The notes under the pieces were generated by a model that worked only from the letters and a program-made list of their open reading frames with translations, had not been told where the DNA came from and made no database searches. From NCBI GenBank assembly GCA_035516965.1, contig DATIZR010000061.1, positions 77,557-141,556 on the forward strand: a stretch of DNA of 64,000 nt. The letters run 5' to 3'. A program made the translations under genes and the position numbers. This document shows, piece after piece, positions 1-9,340 of this stretch (its first letter is position 1; each line of letters starts with the position of its first letter). This DNA is from Nitrospirota bacterium. Its GTDB lineage: Bacteria; Nitrospirota; UBA9217.

Positions 1-238
1 CCGGGTTACCGGTCAGTGGCGCATTGAGAAGTAAAGGACTTAACCCCTAAAGCGGGTCAGGATCACAGCGGCGGGTCCGCTCCCGATTTTCACGGGATTC
101 CCTTGGCTTGAATGTCTCTCTCTATGTATAAGTGTTACATGTATACCACCGGTATCGGGCAAAGTCAATTTCATTTTCAGAGACTTATTTATATTGCTTC
201 AGGAAACAAAGAAACAAGATCCTGATCGCAAGGCATCT

Positions 239-877
239 TCAAACGATCCGGATGCCATCGATAAGCACGTACGTGTCGTGTTTGATATAGCGCGTTCCCG
301 TCACCGTCAGGTTCGCGTTGTTCTGGAGGTGCATGAGCGTCTGCCGGTCGAACCCCGCGCCGTAGACCTTCGCTACAAGGGGAGCAAAGAAATCCTGCCT
401 TTTTCTGAGTTTTGGGTCGCCCGAATACTTCATTTCGAGAAGCCGGAACCTGCCGCCAGGCTTCAACACGCGCGCAAATTCCGAGATCGCCCGGTCCTGC
501 AGTTCATGGGGCAGGACGCAGCAGAGAAAGAACGCGACGACCCAGTCGTAGGTGTTCGAAGGGACCGTCGCCATCTGCGAAGCGTCTTCCAGAACGAACT
601 TGACATTGCACGTTGCTTCGCTGCACCGCTTCGATGCTTTCTTCAGCATGGCGGAACTGAAATCCATTGCAGTCAGGTCCACGCCTGCTGGGTAGTATTT
701 CAGGTTGCGCCCGGTGCCGACGCCCGCTTCCAGTGCCTCTCCGTGAACATCTTTCAACAGCTCGGGTCGCCACTTCCGGTATTGGCGCTCCCAGGGGTAA
801 TCCAGGATATCGTAGAACCACGCAGTAACGGCATATCGCTTCTGATTTAACAGGTTCAACTCCTGCGTGCGGTCCAT
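239..877 (-). CDS. class I SAM-dependent methyltransferase (methyltransf_11-like)
   Basis: 212-aa ORF with glycine-rich SAM motif LEAGVGTGRN and motif II/III spacing. Start is 2 nt after the stop of the upstream candidate selenoprotein gene. Confidence 0.85.
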   Translation of the reverse strand: MDRTQELNLLNQKRYAVTAWFYDILDYPWERQYRKWRPELLKDVHGEALEAGVGTGRNLKYYPAGVDLTAMDFSSAMLKKASKRCSEATCNVKFVLEDASQMATVPSNTYDWVVAFFLCCVLPHELQDRAISEFARVLKPGGRFRLLEMKYSGDPKLRKRQDFFAPLVAKVYGAGFDRQTLMHLQNNANLTVTGTRYIKHDTYVLIDGIRIV

Positions 878-879
878 CG

Positions 880-1137
880 CTATCCTTCTTTCACGAGAGC
901 CGCCTTGAGCTGTTCGTAGGAGATCATTCCCCTTTTCACGATAAAACAGTCATTGACCTTTACCGAGGGACAGGGTGGCGCATCCTTTTCCGATGCATAT
1001 TCAGGGGCCGTTTTCTTGATCACGATAATTTCCGCGCCGAATTCCTGCTCCGCCCGACGGGCGGACTCGATGTGAGACAGTCACCACTTACCCATGGGAT
1101 CGTTCATGTACAGCGTGATGGTGCGTTTTTTTATCAT
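880..1137 (-). CDS. candidate selenoprotein: 85-aa thioredoxin/glutaredoxin-fold protein with in-frame TGA (Sec codon at 1081-1083, codon 19)
   Basis: ATG at 1137 with AGGAAA RBS; frame reads MIKKRTITLYMNDPMGKW-TGA-LSHIESARRAEQEFGAEIIVIKKTAPEYASEKDAPPCPSVKVNDCFIVKRGMISYEQLKAALVKEG to TAG at 880-882. The TGA sits where the first Cys of a Trx/Grx CxxC (W-C motif) would be. C-terminus resembles small Trx-fold proteins (P-x-V-x-V-N-D-x-x-V...eL). A 6-bp GC stem-loop (CCGCCC-GUC-GGGCGG, about 1050-1064) lies 16 nt downstream of the UGA, consistent with a bacterial SECIS. Sits between an Rdx/SelW gene and a methyltransferase in a tight operon. Confidence 0.45.
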
Positions 1138-1178
1138 CGTTTCCTGTCCGGGCAGAGAGGGAAGAGCGGCGGGCCCGT

Positions 1179-1415
1179 TCACTCGGGGCCCCGCCGCTTC
1201 CTGAGAATTTCGATGATCTCTTCCTTGGACGGGAAAACGCCCGAGACAGACTTTGAGAAGACTGTCTCTCCGTCCGCAATGACCGTGAATGCACCGCTCT
1301 CAGTCGAGTGGACCAAGACCGGCTTGACGCCGAACGCTTCCTGGATTGCCAGCGAGAAAGCGGCCGCAATGGGCCGGTAATTGCACGTCCCGCAGTATTC
1401 AATGGCTATCTGCAT
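1179..1415 (-). CDS. SelW/Rdx family redox protein (Cys form, CGTC motif)
   Basis: 78 aa, MQIAIEYCGTCNYRPIAA... typical Rdx/SelW/SelT N-terminus with CxxC (CxxU in selenoprotein versions); both codons verified as Cys (tgc). Confidence 0.8.
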   Translation of the reverse strand: MQIAIEYCGTCNYRPIAAAFSLAIQEAFGVKPVLVHSTESGAFTVIADGETVFSKSVSGVFPSKEEIIEILRKRRGPE

Positions 1416-1434
1416 GAACGGGAATCGGCAGCCG

Positions 1435-1620
1435 CTACATCTTCTTCAGCTCGGACCTCTTGATCTTGACGTGTTCTCCGTCCGCCATGACCACCCGGAC
1501 CGTTGTGGCCGAATGATATTCCTTTTCCATGCACTCGTATTCGGCGTTCTTCGTGAGGGATACTTCCTTGCCACTGATGGTTTGCACTTTCTTCGTGTCG
1601 CCAATGTACTGGACCTTCAT
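1435..1620 (-). CDS. hypothetical small protein (61 aa)
   Basis: ORF in same orientation between the RACo and Rdx genes; no recognizable family. Confidence 0.4.
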   Translation of the reverse strand: MKVQYIGDTKKVQTISGKEVSLTKNAEYECMEKEYHSATTVRVVMADGEHVKIKRSELKKM

Positions 1621-1677
1621 TCTGTGCCATCCTTTCCGCGGCCCGGCGTCAAGCGACGCTGCCGCGCGCAGAGAACG

Positions 1678-3621
1678 TTAGACATATTCCGGCGGCAAAA
1701 TTCCCTTCAGATGCGGAAATTTGTCGAACATGTGGGGGAACTGCATGGACTCTCCGAAGCGGTCGTTGAAATCCTCCTCGAGCGCAAGCTCGACGTACTC
1801 GACCTGCCGGGCGATCTCGTTCGCCTCGCGCCGCTTGTCCGTGTTCAAAAGCGCGATCCGGGCGCCGTCGCCCGCTGCGTTCCCTATGTACTCGACCTTT
1901 TTCAGATCGCAGTCAGGAAACATCCCGATGGACATCGCTGCGATCTTGTCGATATGGCTGCCGAAGGCGCCTGCCACGGCAAGGCGGTCAAAGGAGCTGA
2001 CGCCGAGTTTGCGCATCATGATCAGGCAGCCCGAATAGAGGGCTCCCTTTGCGAGCTGGATGGCGCGGACGTCCTTCTGGTTGACCACGATGTCCTGGTC
2101 GATAGCCGTCTCGTGCTTCCAGGCAACGACATACTCGGGTACGTTCTTCGCCCCCTGCCGAACCCGTGCGGACTTGATCTCCGCATTGAGGCGGCCGTTC
2201 TTTACGATGATCCCGGCCTTGAACATTTCGGCGATCACGTCAATGATTGCCGACCCGCAGATGCCCCGGGCCTGCATGTTCCGCTGTCCGTCGCTCCACT
2301 CGTTGCTGCCGATCACCTTGTACACGGGTTCATAGGTCTCTGGATCGATCTTGACCCGTTCGATCGCCCCGGGTGCTGCCCGCATCCCGAACTCGATCTG
2401 GGCCCCTTCAAGGGCCGGGCCCGTGGCGCAGGAACAGGAGATGAGCTTCTTCTTGTTGCCGAAGACCAGCTCGCCGTTCGTGCCGATGTCGATCAGGAGT
2501 GTCATCTTATCCCGCTTGTACGGCGTGTCAGCGATCAGGCATCCGACGTTATCGGCCCCTACGAAACCGGCTTCGATAGGCATGATGTGGATGTTTCCGC
2601 CGGGAAGGATATCGATGCCGAAGCGGTCGGCCTTGAGATCCACGGAATGATGCAGGGCGGGGGTGAAAGGCGCCACGCCCATGTACTCCGGGTTTATCCC
2701 GAGCAGGATATGGTGCATGGCCGTGTTTCCCACGAGGGTCATCTCGCTGATGTCCAAGTGCGAGATCCCCGCTTTGTGGGCCGCCTGCTTCACGATCGTA
2801 TTGAGCCCTTCGATGATCGTGGCCTGGAGCTCTTTGAGCCCGGTCTGTTCGTTCATCATGCAGTAGGTGATGCGCGACATGACGTCCTCGCCGTACCGCA
2901 CCTGCGGGTTCATCATCGATTCGGTCACCAGCACATTGCCGGTGTTGAGGTCGGTCAGATATCCGGCGACGGTCGTGGTGCCGATGTCCACGGCAAGACC
3001 GATATTGGTCGTCACTTCACCCGGCTCGACACGGATGATCTCGCTCTTGTTCCAGACCGTTACCGTCACCTTCCAGTCCCCCTTGCGGATCGCGTCGGGA
3101 AGGACCTGGAGCGCGCGGTAATCGATGGACAGCCCCTTGACCCGGTGAGTCTTGGAAAGCGCCTTTTCCAGCCGCTCGAAGTCGCCGAGGGGATCATCGA
3201 GGGATGGATGGGGCAGCTCCACGTAGTACTTCAACACCGCCGGTTTGAGTTTTATCTTGATGACGCCGGCGGCCTTGCTCACGACCTGTTTTCCCGTGCG
3301 GCTGGCTTCGGGAACGAAGACAAGCACATCGCCCAGGATCTTCGTGGAGCAGGCCAGGCGGATGTGTTCGTCCGAATCCTTCCGCTTGAGCACCTTGATC
3401 TCTTTTTCGTCGAGATCGCTCAGGTGCTTCATCGAGGACGTTATGTTCTCCTTCGGAAAGCTACCCTCCATGACCTTGACGCGGCACTTTCCGCAGACCA
3501 TATGCTCTCCGCAGACCGCCTCGATACCCACCCCCAGCCTTCTCGCGGCGTCGAGGATCGTAGTGCCTTCAGGTACCTTGCCGCGACGACCGGAAGGCTG
3601 AAAGATGATCGTATGATCCAT
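1678..3621 (-). CDS. corrinoid activation/regeneration protein (RACo-like; N-terminal 2Fe-2S ferredoxin + ASKHA/DUF4445 ATPase)
   Basis: 647 aa. N-term CGEHMVCGKCRV plant-type ferredoxin motif followed by a DUF4445 (acetate/sugar kinase fold) body. Strong RBS AGGAGAAGG. Canonical partner of corrinoid proteins. Confidence 0.85.
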   Translation of the reverse strand: MDHTIIFQPSGRRGKVPEGTTILDAARRLGVGIEAVCGEHMVCGKCRVKVMEGSFPKENITSSMKHLSDLDEKEIKVLKRKDSDEHIRLACSTKILGDVLVFVPEASRTGKQVVSKAAGVIKIKLKPAVLKYYVELPHPSLDDPLGDFERLEKALSKTHRVKGLSIDYRALQVLPDAIRKGDWKVTVTVWNKSEIIRVEPGEVTTNIGLAVDIGTTTVAGYLTDLNTGNVLVTESMMNPQVRYGEDVMSRITYCMMNEQTGLKELQATIIEGLNTIVKQAAHKAGISHLDISEMTLVGNTAMHHILLGINPEYMGVAPFTPALHHSVDLKADRFGIDILPGGNIHIMPIEAGFVGADNVGCLIADTPYKRDKMTLLIDIGTNGELVFGNKKKLISCSCATGPALEGAQIEFGMRAAPGAIERVKIDPETYEPVYKVIGSNEWSDGQRNMQARGICGSAIIDVIAEMFKAGIIVKNGRLNAEIKSARVRQGAKNVPEYVVAWKHETAIDQDIVVNQKDVRAIQLAKGALYSGCLIMMRKLGVSSFDRLAVAGAFGSHIDKIAAMSIGMFPDCDLKKVEYIGNAAGDGARIALLNTDKRREANEIARQVEYVELALEEDFNDRFGESMQFPHMFDKFPHLKGILPPEYV

Positions 3622-3671
3622 AGTGTTATTCCTTCTCCTTGCTTTAAATTGACCCGGCCCTTCATCTCGAA

Positions 3672-3709
3672 ACCAGCGGGGAGTACGGGTCGTCGGACTC
3701 CCCGCTGGT
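3672..3709 (-). other. perfect 13-bp inverted repeat (stem-loop) in the intercistronic region between the corrinoid protein and RACo genes
   Basis: accagcggggagt-N12-actccccgctggt; no U-tract follows on either strand, so it is not a classic intrinsic terminator. Likely an mRNA processing/stability or polarity element. Confidence 0.5.
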
Positions 3710-3742
3710 ACCGCAGTTCCTTGAATGAAGATTGCCGGCTGT

Positions 3743-4414
3743 CTAGGCTGCCTCGCCTTTTCGCAGCGTTTCGAGCATTTTCATGGCTTCGCGAAGAGCA
3801 TTGGGAGCATTGTCCGCCGTGATGTCCGCGCCGTATTCCTCCACGGTCTTCTCGGTGATCGGCGCGCCGCCGATCATGATCTTCACTTTCGGATTTTTCT
3901 CCTTGATCATCGGGATAAGCTTCTTGATGCCGACCATGGAGGTCGTCATCATGGCGGAAAGCATCACGATGTCGGAGTCGGTCTTGAGCTGCTCCTCGAC
4001 GAATTTCTGAAGCGGAACGTCACGTCCAAGGTCGTGCACGGTCCACCCCGATGATTCGAATATGGCCTTGATGAGGTTCTTCCCGAGATCGTGCACGTCG
4101 CCCTGCATCACGCCGAGCACGACCTGGCCGCGTTTTCCGCCGCTCGACACTTTAATATGCGGCTTCAGGACGTCGAGGGCGGCGTAGAGCGCCTTGGCGC
4201 AGAGCAGCGTCTCGGGGACGAAATACTCGTGGCTGTCGAACTTCTGGCTGACGACCTCCATGCCCCCTGCCAGACCCTCCATCGTCATCTTATAGGCATC
4301 GGCGCCCACCTTGACCGCCTCTTCCGCCGTTTTTCTGGCGTCTTCAACTTTGTAGTTGATGACCGCCTCCTGTAGTCTCTTGATCAGTTCCTGTTCCTTT
4401 TCCTTCGTCGCCAT
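3743..4414 (-). CDS. cobalamin-binding corrinoid protein (MtaC/MtbC/MttC-like, B12-binding domain)
   Basis: 223 aa; B12-binding DxHxxG motif (GDVHDLGKNL) and helical cap domain; RBS AGGAGG. Confidence 0.9.
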   Translation of the reverse strand: MATKEKEQELIKRLQEAVINYKVEDARKTAEEAVKVGADAYKMTMEGLAGGMEVVSQKFDSHEYFVPETLLCAKALYAALDVLKPHIKVSSGGKRGQVVLGVMQGDVHDLGKNLIKAIFESSGWTVHDLGRDVPLQKFVEEQLKTDSDIVMLSAMMTTSMVGIKKLIPMIKEKNPKVKIMIGGAPITEKTVEEYGADITADNAPNALREAMKMLETLRKGEAA

Positions 4415-4459
4415 GTATGGTAATCCTCCTTAAGTTATTGATAGTGCGCTCTTGCGTGG

Positions 4460-5524
4460 TTATTTATAGACGCCGTACTTCTTCGACGCTTCGACGATCC
4501 GCTTCGCGTTTCTGAGCGGGGCATTGGGGCCGAACTCGCATCCAGTCGCGAGGATGAATCCTCCGCCTTTGGCGAAGATCTCGATCTCTGCCTTGCACTC
4601 CTCCTCGATCTCCTCGGGCGTACCGAGGAATGCCACCGGTCCCGGCGGGATCCAGCCGATCGTCGTGATGCACTTGCCCCACTTGGCCTTGTGCTCTTCC
4701 CAGCTGTCCACATCGTCCGCAACATAGGCATGGGAGATCGCATGGGGTTTTCCGTATTTCGCGCTCAGGTCGAAGTAGATCCCGTTGCCGCAGTTGTGGA
4801 AGGCGAAGAGCGCGCCTGCCTTGTGCACGTAATCCGCGATCTTCCTGACGGACTCGCCCTCGAATTTTTCCCAGAGCGGCTTGCTCAGGATGCTTTGCGA
4901 TGCGTACAGGTGATCGTAGCATATGCAGTGAACTCCCGCTTCGAGCTGTGCCTTTGTGTACTCCAGCAGCATCTCGTCCACCACTTCGACGGCGGCCATG
5001 ACCTCGGCGGGGTGCTCCATGAGATCCATGAAGAATGCTTCCGGGCCGCGCATCATGCTGAGGACGCCGATGGAGCCGTAGACGAAGCCGACGATGGCAT
5101 GGGTCTTGCCGATCTCCTTCGAAAGGCCCGCGGCGAGATCGATCACGCCCTTGGTCCGCTGCGTCTTGCGCGGGTCGATGCGCTTGACCTTCGTGTACTC
5201 CTTGTAGCTGCTGATGAACGGCTTGTCGTAGTTCGGATGCGCCGTGCCCATCTCGGGGAAGTTGATCTCGCATCCTAATGCATGGGCCTCGACGGAAAGG
5301 TCCACCAAAAGGACCACACCGTCATGGCCGATCATATCGAGAGCGTCCACATGCCCCCTGACCATTGCGGGGATATCAGTGCACTGCGACCATTCCGCGT
5401 AGGTCAGCCCCGAGAACCGGTGGCTTGCGCCGCATACCAGCGGTGCAGCAGGGACCCGGTCCGCCTCCTTGAACTGCATTGCCGTCGCCACTCTTTCAAG
5501 ACCATTCATTCGATCTGTTGCCAT
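4460..5524 (-). CDS. uroporphyrinogen decarboxylase (URO-D) family methyltransferase (MtaA/MtbA/CmuA-like, methylcobamide methyltransferase)
   Basis: URO-D fold protein; start most likely ATG at 5524 (MATDRMNGLE) preceded by AAGGAGG, rather than the longest ORF start at 5554. Confidence 0.85.
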   Translation of the reverse strand: MATDRMNGLERVATAMQFKEADRVPAAPLVCGASHRFSGLTYAEWSQCTDIPAMVRGHVDALDMIGHDGVVLLVDLSVEAHALGCEINFPEMGTAHPNYDKPFISSYKEYTKVKRIDPRKTQRTKGVIDLAAGLSKEIGKTHAIVGFVYGSIGVLSMMRGPEAFFMDLMEHPAEVMAAVEVVDEMLLEYTKAQLEAGVHCICYDHLYASQSILSKPLWEKFEGESVRKIADYVHKAGALFAFHNCGNGIYFDLSAKYGKPHAISHAYVADDVDSWEEHKAKWGKCITTIGWIPPGPVAFLGTPEEIEEECKAEIEIFAKGGGFILATGCEFGPNAPLRNAKRIVEASKKYGVYK

Positions 5525-5582
5525 TGAGAACCTCCTTGCTTTCGGGATTAACAATACCGGTCACATCCAGCATGACCGAACC

Positions 5583-6275
5583 TTATTCGATCAGCACGAG
5601 CCCGCTCCAGACGACCTCATGTTTCGGTGGAATGTCGAAGGGAAGCCCCGCATTCTGGCTCGTTTTCACCACGTCGATGCCGACGCCTTCCATTGCCGGC
5701 CGCGCCTGGTAGGCCCGGCGGCAGCCCGCCCCAGGACCTGCACACGACGGGCAGAGCATGCAGTCGCCCCCGATCAGGCCCAGGGCATAATGAAATCCGA
5801 GGGCCATGGCCTGGGCCTCCACTTCATTCACCAGTTTGTGTAGCCTGACAGCTTGCAGCTTGACGTCATCCAGGTTCCTGCGCGCTTCATCCGGTTCGCC
5901 TCCTTTCTGCGCAGGATCGGTGTTGTGGGATTCCAGGAACTTGAGGACCACTTCCTTGTTGAAATCATCCATGGCCAGGGAGAGCGGCGCCTTGGTCTGA
6001 ACCAGAACTGCGGTCCGGTACTTGCTCAGCGCCGTCCTGAACTCATCCACCGTGGGCACATTGGGAGGACAGGTCAGCGTTCTGCCAAAATGGGGACAGC
6101 GCGGGATCTCGCACTTCATCCGCACCCGTTCGTCGACGACGATCTTGCGCGCCGAAAAGGCCTTTGCCTTCCAGGCGCCTTTGTCGAGGGCGAACTGCAC
6201 GACCTGAGCGATACGCTCCGGTACGCCGTTTTTCTTCTTCCCTGTCGCTTTTCGCGCTGTCCCTGCCGCTGTCAT
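5583..6275 (-). CDS. DUF2284 family predicted metal-binding protein
   Basis: Cys-rich motifs (CEIPRCPHFG, CMLCPSC); family commonly encoded next to corrinoid methyltransferase genes. Confidence 0.7.
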   Translation of the reverse strand: MTAAGTARKATGKKKNGVPERIAQVVQFALDKGAWKAKAFSARKIVVDERVRMKCEIPRCPHFGRTLTCPPNVPTVDEFRTALSKYRTAVLVQTKAPLSLAMDDFNKEVVLKFLESHNTDPAQKGGEPDEARRNLDDVKLQAVRLHKLVNEVEAQAMALGFHYALGLIGGDCMLCPSCAGPGAGCRRAYQARPAMEGVGIDVVKTSQNAGLPFDIPPKHEVVWSGLVLIE

Positions 6276-6277
6276 CA

Positions 6278-6511
6278 CTACTCCTTGCCGCCCATTGAGA
6301 TATAGAATTTGGGCTTATAGGTATCCACATTCACCATGTCCTGGTTCAGCACGACGCGCTTCTTCTTCCAGCAGGCCGGGCACATGTACCGCGACTTGAA
6401 GCCACGGTCGGGCCCTGTGTAGCGGAGCTCCATATGGGCCCTGCAAGCCTTCACCCCGCAATCCGCGCAGATGAAATCCGCCTTCCCCCCGCACTTGAAA
6501 CATTTTTCCAT
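6278..6511 (-). CDS. small zinc-ribbon protein (77 aa, 8 Cys in CxxC pairs)
   Basis: MEKCFKCGGKADFICADCGVKAC...CPAC; AGGAGG RBS; overlaps the downstream gene start. Confidence 0.55.
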   Translation of the reverse strand: MEKCFKCGGKADFICADCGVKACRAHMELRYTGPDRGFKSRYMCPACWKKKRVVLNQDMVNVDTYKPKFYISMGGKE

Positions 6512-6634
6512 GATTCATTCCTCCTATCCCCGGACAAGCCGGAACTAAAACTTGACACAGATAAAGTCCGATAAAAAATTACGAAAAATCATGATCCTTC
6601 ATAAGCAATCTGTGCAGATCAGTGTCAAAACCTT

Positions 6635-9340
6635 CTAAGTCGTCAGCCGCTTGTAGATCAACGGCAGCCGCACCGGCAGCGTTTCCACGTTTTCGATGAG
6701 GGTGTAGTTCGTTTCCCCGTACATGTACGGAAGGTAGTCGCGGCTCTTTTTGTCCACGGTGATGCAATACGAGAAGACCCCTTTTCTTTTGGCCTCCCAG
6801 AGGGAATGCCGCGTGTCCTCCACCGCATAATCGGCATCCCCGTAATCGATGTCATAGGGCCTGCCGTCTGACAGGAGGATCAGGAGCCGGATCCGCGAGT
6901 TCTGCCGGCTGAGCAGCCGTGTGGCGTGCCGGATGGCCGCTCCGAGCCGCGTCTGGGCCATGGGTTTGATATAGTCGAACCGCTGCCGGAACCGGGTGGG
7001 AGACTTCTCGTCGAAATCGCGGATCACATAAAAATCCATCTTGTCCCGGTAGTTCGACGAGAAGCCGTACACGGCCCATTGATCGCCGATGCTTTCCAGC
7101 GCTTCGGCCATCAGCACCAGCCCCTCGCGCTCGACGTCGATGATCGTCTTGCCCGAGGGCAGCTCGTCGCCCGTGGAATAGCTCATGTCCACCAGAAAGG
7201 CTACGGACACGTCGCGCAGGTTCTTTTCCCGCCTGATATAGACCCGGTCCGAGGGCGTGATGCCCGCGTGGCGCTCGACGACCGCTTCGATCATGGCGTC
7301 GAAGTCGATATCATCGCCCCGCTCCTCACGGAAGAACCTCTGGATGCGGTCGGGCCGCAGCATGCTGAAGTACCGGCGCAGCACGCTCACCAGGCCGTAC
7401 TGCTCCGCGACCGTTCGGTCGTAGTACGCGGTCGAACTTTCCGGCGTGTCCATCTCCCGCACGCGGACCCAGTCCTTCCGGTAATCCCCCATCTTCGAAT
7501 CCCACTCGTCGTAGTACACGGTCCTGCGGAACCGCTTCTCCGCCTCCATCTCGTCGAGCACGGCTTTGACCTGACCGAAGAGCTCCAGCAACCGGTCCAT
7601 GTCCTGCACCTGCCAGAGGAGTTCCTCGGATTCGATGACGGCTTCTTCCTCGATGCGCGTGAGCGCGGCGTTCACCAGTTCCGGCTCCACTGTTGATTTC
7701 CTGTCCGCGAACCGCTCGACGAATTCGATCGTCAGGCGCTTCATGCCCTGGCGGGCGTTCTCCACGAGCTCGTAATCGATCACGCCGCGATAGAACAGGC
7801 GGTTCCCCGCTTCCCGGTTCTCCGAGATCTCACAGGCATCCGTCCCGTCCAGCGATCGAAGAAGCTCCACGGTGAGCTCGAGCACTTCGCGGGAGGAGCA
7901 GCCCGGACGCAGCACGCGGACGAGTGAATCCCTGAGCAGCGCGCCCAATTTGTCCCCTGCACCCGGCGAGGCGTCGTAGCCCTTGACGTCCCGGAGGCCG
8001 AGCTGTTCGAAGATCGATCGCTCCGTCTTGCCCAGCGCCCGTTCCCGGGCAAGGTAGGCGTTCATGATCAGGTCCCGGTCCTTCCTGAGGCCCGGGTATG
8101 CACTCATCATCAGGAAATCCACCCGCTCATCTTCGAGAAATTCGAAGACGCGAAACGCCTGTCTGGGGTTCGGGAGGGCGCCAAGGCCGGCCCTCACCTC
8201 GGAAGCCGGGAGTTCGAAGGTCCCGTGCAGCAGATGGGCCATTTCGTGGGTCAGGATCCACTTGTACGTCGTAAAGTTCGTGTCCTCGTCGGGGAAGGCC
8301 TCGATCCGCGCCGGCAAAAAGATGCGTGCCCCGTCCGTGACGGAGAAAAACCGGCTCAAACCGGGCAGGTTCTTGTAAAAGACCGACGACGAGCGCAGCA
8401 TGATCTTCGCGCCTATCAGGGCTTCGGCATAGTCCCGCAGGACCGTATGGATGTCTTTCAGCTCCAGACCCTTGACGAGGCTCTCCATCGTCGTTCGGCT
8501 GGACCCGGTCTGGAGCGAGAAGAAGGATTGCCCCTTGTCCGCCTGACTGTCGACGTTCTCCAGGCCCCGGGATACCCACTGCTCGAGATCTTTCATGGTG
8601 AGCCTGCCCAGGATCTGCGGCGCCGACTTGAAGTACTGCAGGGCCAGGTCCGCCTTTTTCGCTTTTCCCGCTGATGCGCCGGTAGCGAGCAGGCTGTGGG
8701 CCGAGTAAGCGGCCTTGATGTTCGGTGCCTTGTCGATCAGCAGCAGGCCGAGAAGTGCCCAGCGGTCCAGGTCGCAGACGTCGATCTTTTTCATCACCTC
8801 GGGACTGGACCGGAAATATTCCCGGCCCGTTTTCCAGGATTTCTGCGTGATCTCCACGCCGCGCACTGCCCAGCGTTCGAACGCCTCATCGCCCACGCTG
8901 TCCAGCATCGAGGGGCTCGCCTCCAGATATTGCAGCGCCACGTCCTGGTCCTTGTCAGCCAGCGCAGCCGCGATCTTCGCCCATTCCAGGATCACCGCGT
9001 CAGGCCTTCCTTTGAGGCGCGGCAGCCCGCGGAAGAGACTTTCTACGACGCTCCACTTTGACTTGCCCATCAGGGTGAAAAGAGAAAGGAGTTCTGTTCG
9101 CACGGAAAGGCCTTCCACGGTCTGTAATGCCGCATCTCCTGAGGAGAGAAGCGACAGGGGCAGCGCCCTGTCCAGCGACTGGAACTGCCGGACTATGCCG
9201 AGGTAGCACTTCAGGCCCTCGTCATCGATGATCCCGCGCAGCCGGGAAACGGCCCCGTCCACGCGTTCCTTGCCGAGTTCCACGGCGATCGATGCCGCGA
9301 GCACGGCGATCTGCTCCTGTATGGTGTCTTCGGTTGTCAT
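6635..9340 (-). CDS. VWA domain protein of the CbbO/NorD family (partner of CbbQ-type MoxR ATPase)
   Basis: 901 aa; C-terminal von Willebrand A domain with MIDAS DMSYS; 4-nt overlap with the upstream cbbQ-like gene. Confidence 0.8.
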   Translation of the reverse strand: MTTEDTIQEQIAVLAASIAVELGKERVDGAVSRLRGIIDDEGLKCYLGIVRQFQSLDRALPLSLLSSGDAALQTVEGLSVRTELLSLFTLMGKSKWSVVESLFRGLPRLKGRPDAVILEWAKIAAALADKDQDVALQYLEASPSMLDSVGDEAFERWAVRGVEITQKSWKTGREYFRSSPEVMKKIDVCDLDRWALLGLLLIDKAPNIKAAYSAHSLLATGASAGKAKKADLALQYFKSAPQILGRLTMKDLEQWVSRGLENVDSQADKGQSFFSLQTGSSRTTMESLVKGLELKDIHTVLRDYAEALIGAKIMLRSSSVFYKNLPGLSRFFSVTDGARIFLPARIEAFPDEDTNFTTYKWILTHEMAHLLHGTFELPASEVRAGLGALPNPRQAFRVFEFLEDERVDFLMMSAYPGLRKDRDLIMNAYLARERALGKTERSIFEQLGLRDVKGYDASPGAGDKLGALLRDSLVRVLRPGCSSREVLELTVELLRSLDGTDACEISENREAGNRLFYRGVIDYELVENARQGMKRLTIEFVERFADRKSTVEPELVNAALTRIEEEAVIESEELLWQVQDMDRLLELFGQVKAVLDEMEAEKRFRRTVYYDEWDSKMGDYRKDWVRVREMDTPESSTAYYDRTVAEQYGLVSVLRRYFSMLRPDRIQRFFREERGDDIDFDAMIEAVVERHAGITPSDRVYIRREKNLRDVSVAFLVDMSYSTGDELPSGKTIIDVEREGLVLMAEALESIGDQWAVYGFSSNYRDKMDFYVIRDFDEKSPTRFRQRFDYIKPMAQTRLGAAIRHATRLLSRQNSRIRLLILLSDGRPYDIDYGDADYAVEDTRHSLWEAKRKGVFSYCITVDKKSRDYLPYMYGETNYTLIENVETLPVRLPLIYKRLTT

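Noticed and set aside
1381-3822. 813-aa plus-strand ORF overlapping the RACo gene, and many similar long ORFs (4464-5273, 4691-5278, 6926-7696, 10859-12136, 13420-14955, 16553-17503, 20111-20992, 21776-22726, 26374-27441, 34740-36080, 37720-38496, 50230-51759, 51812-52735, 55183-56013, 55946-57193, 58454-60508, 60881-62059, 62842-63705)
   Set aside because: Antisense or alternate-frame ORFs typical of high-GC DNA. Their translations are Arg/Ala/Pro/His-rich, low complexity, and lack any family signal, whereas the opposite-strand ORFs have clear conserved domains.
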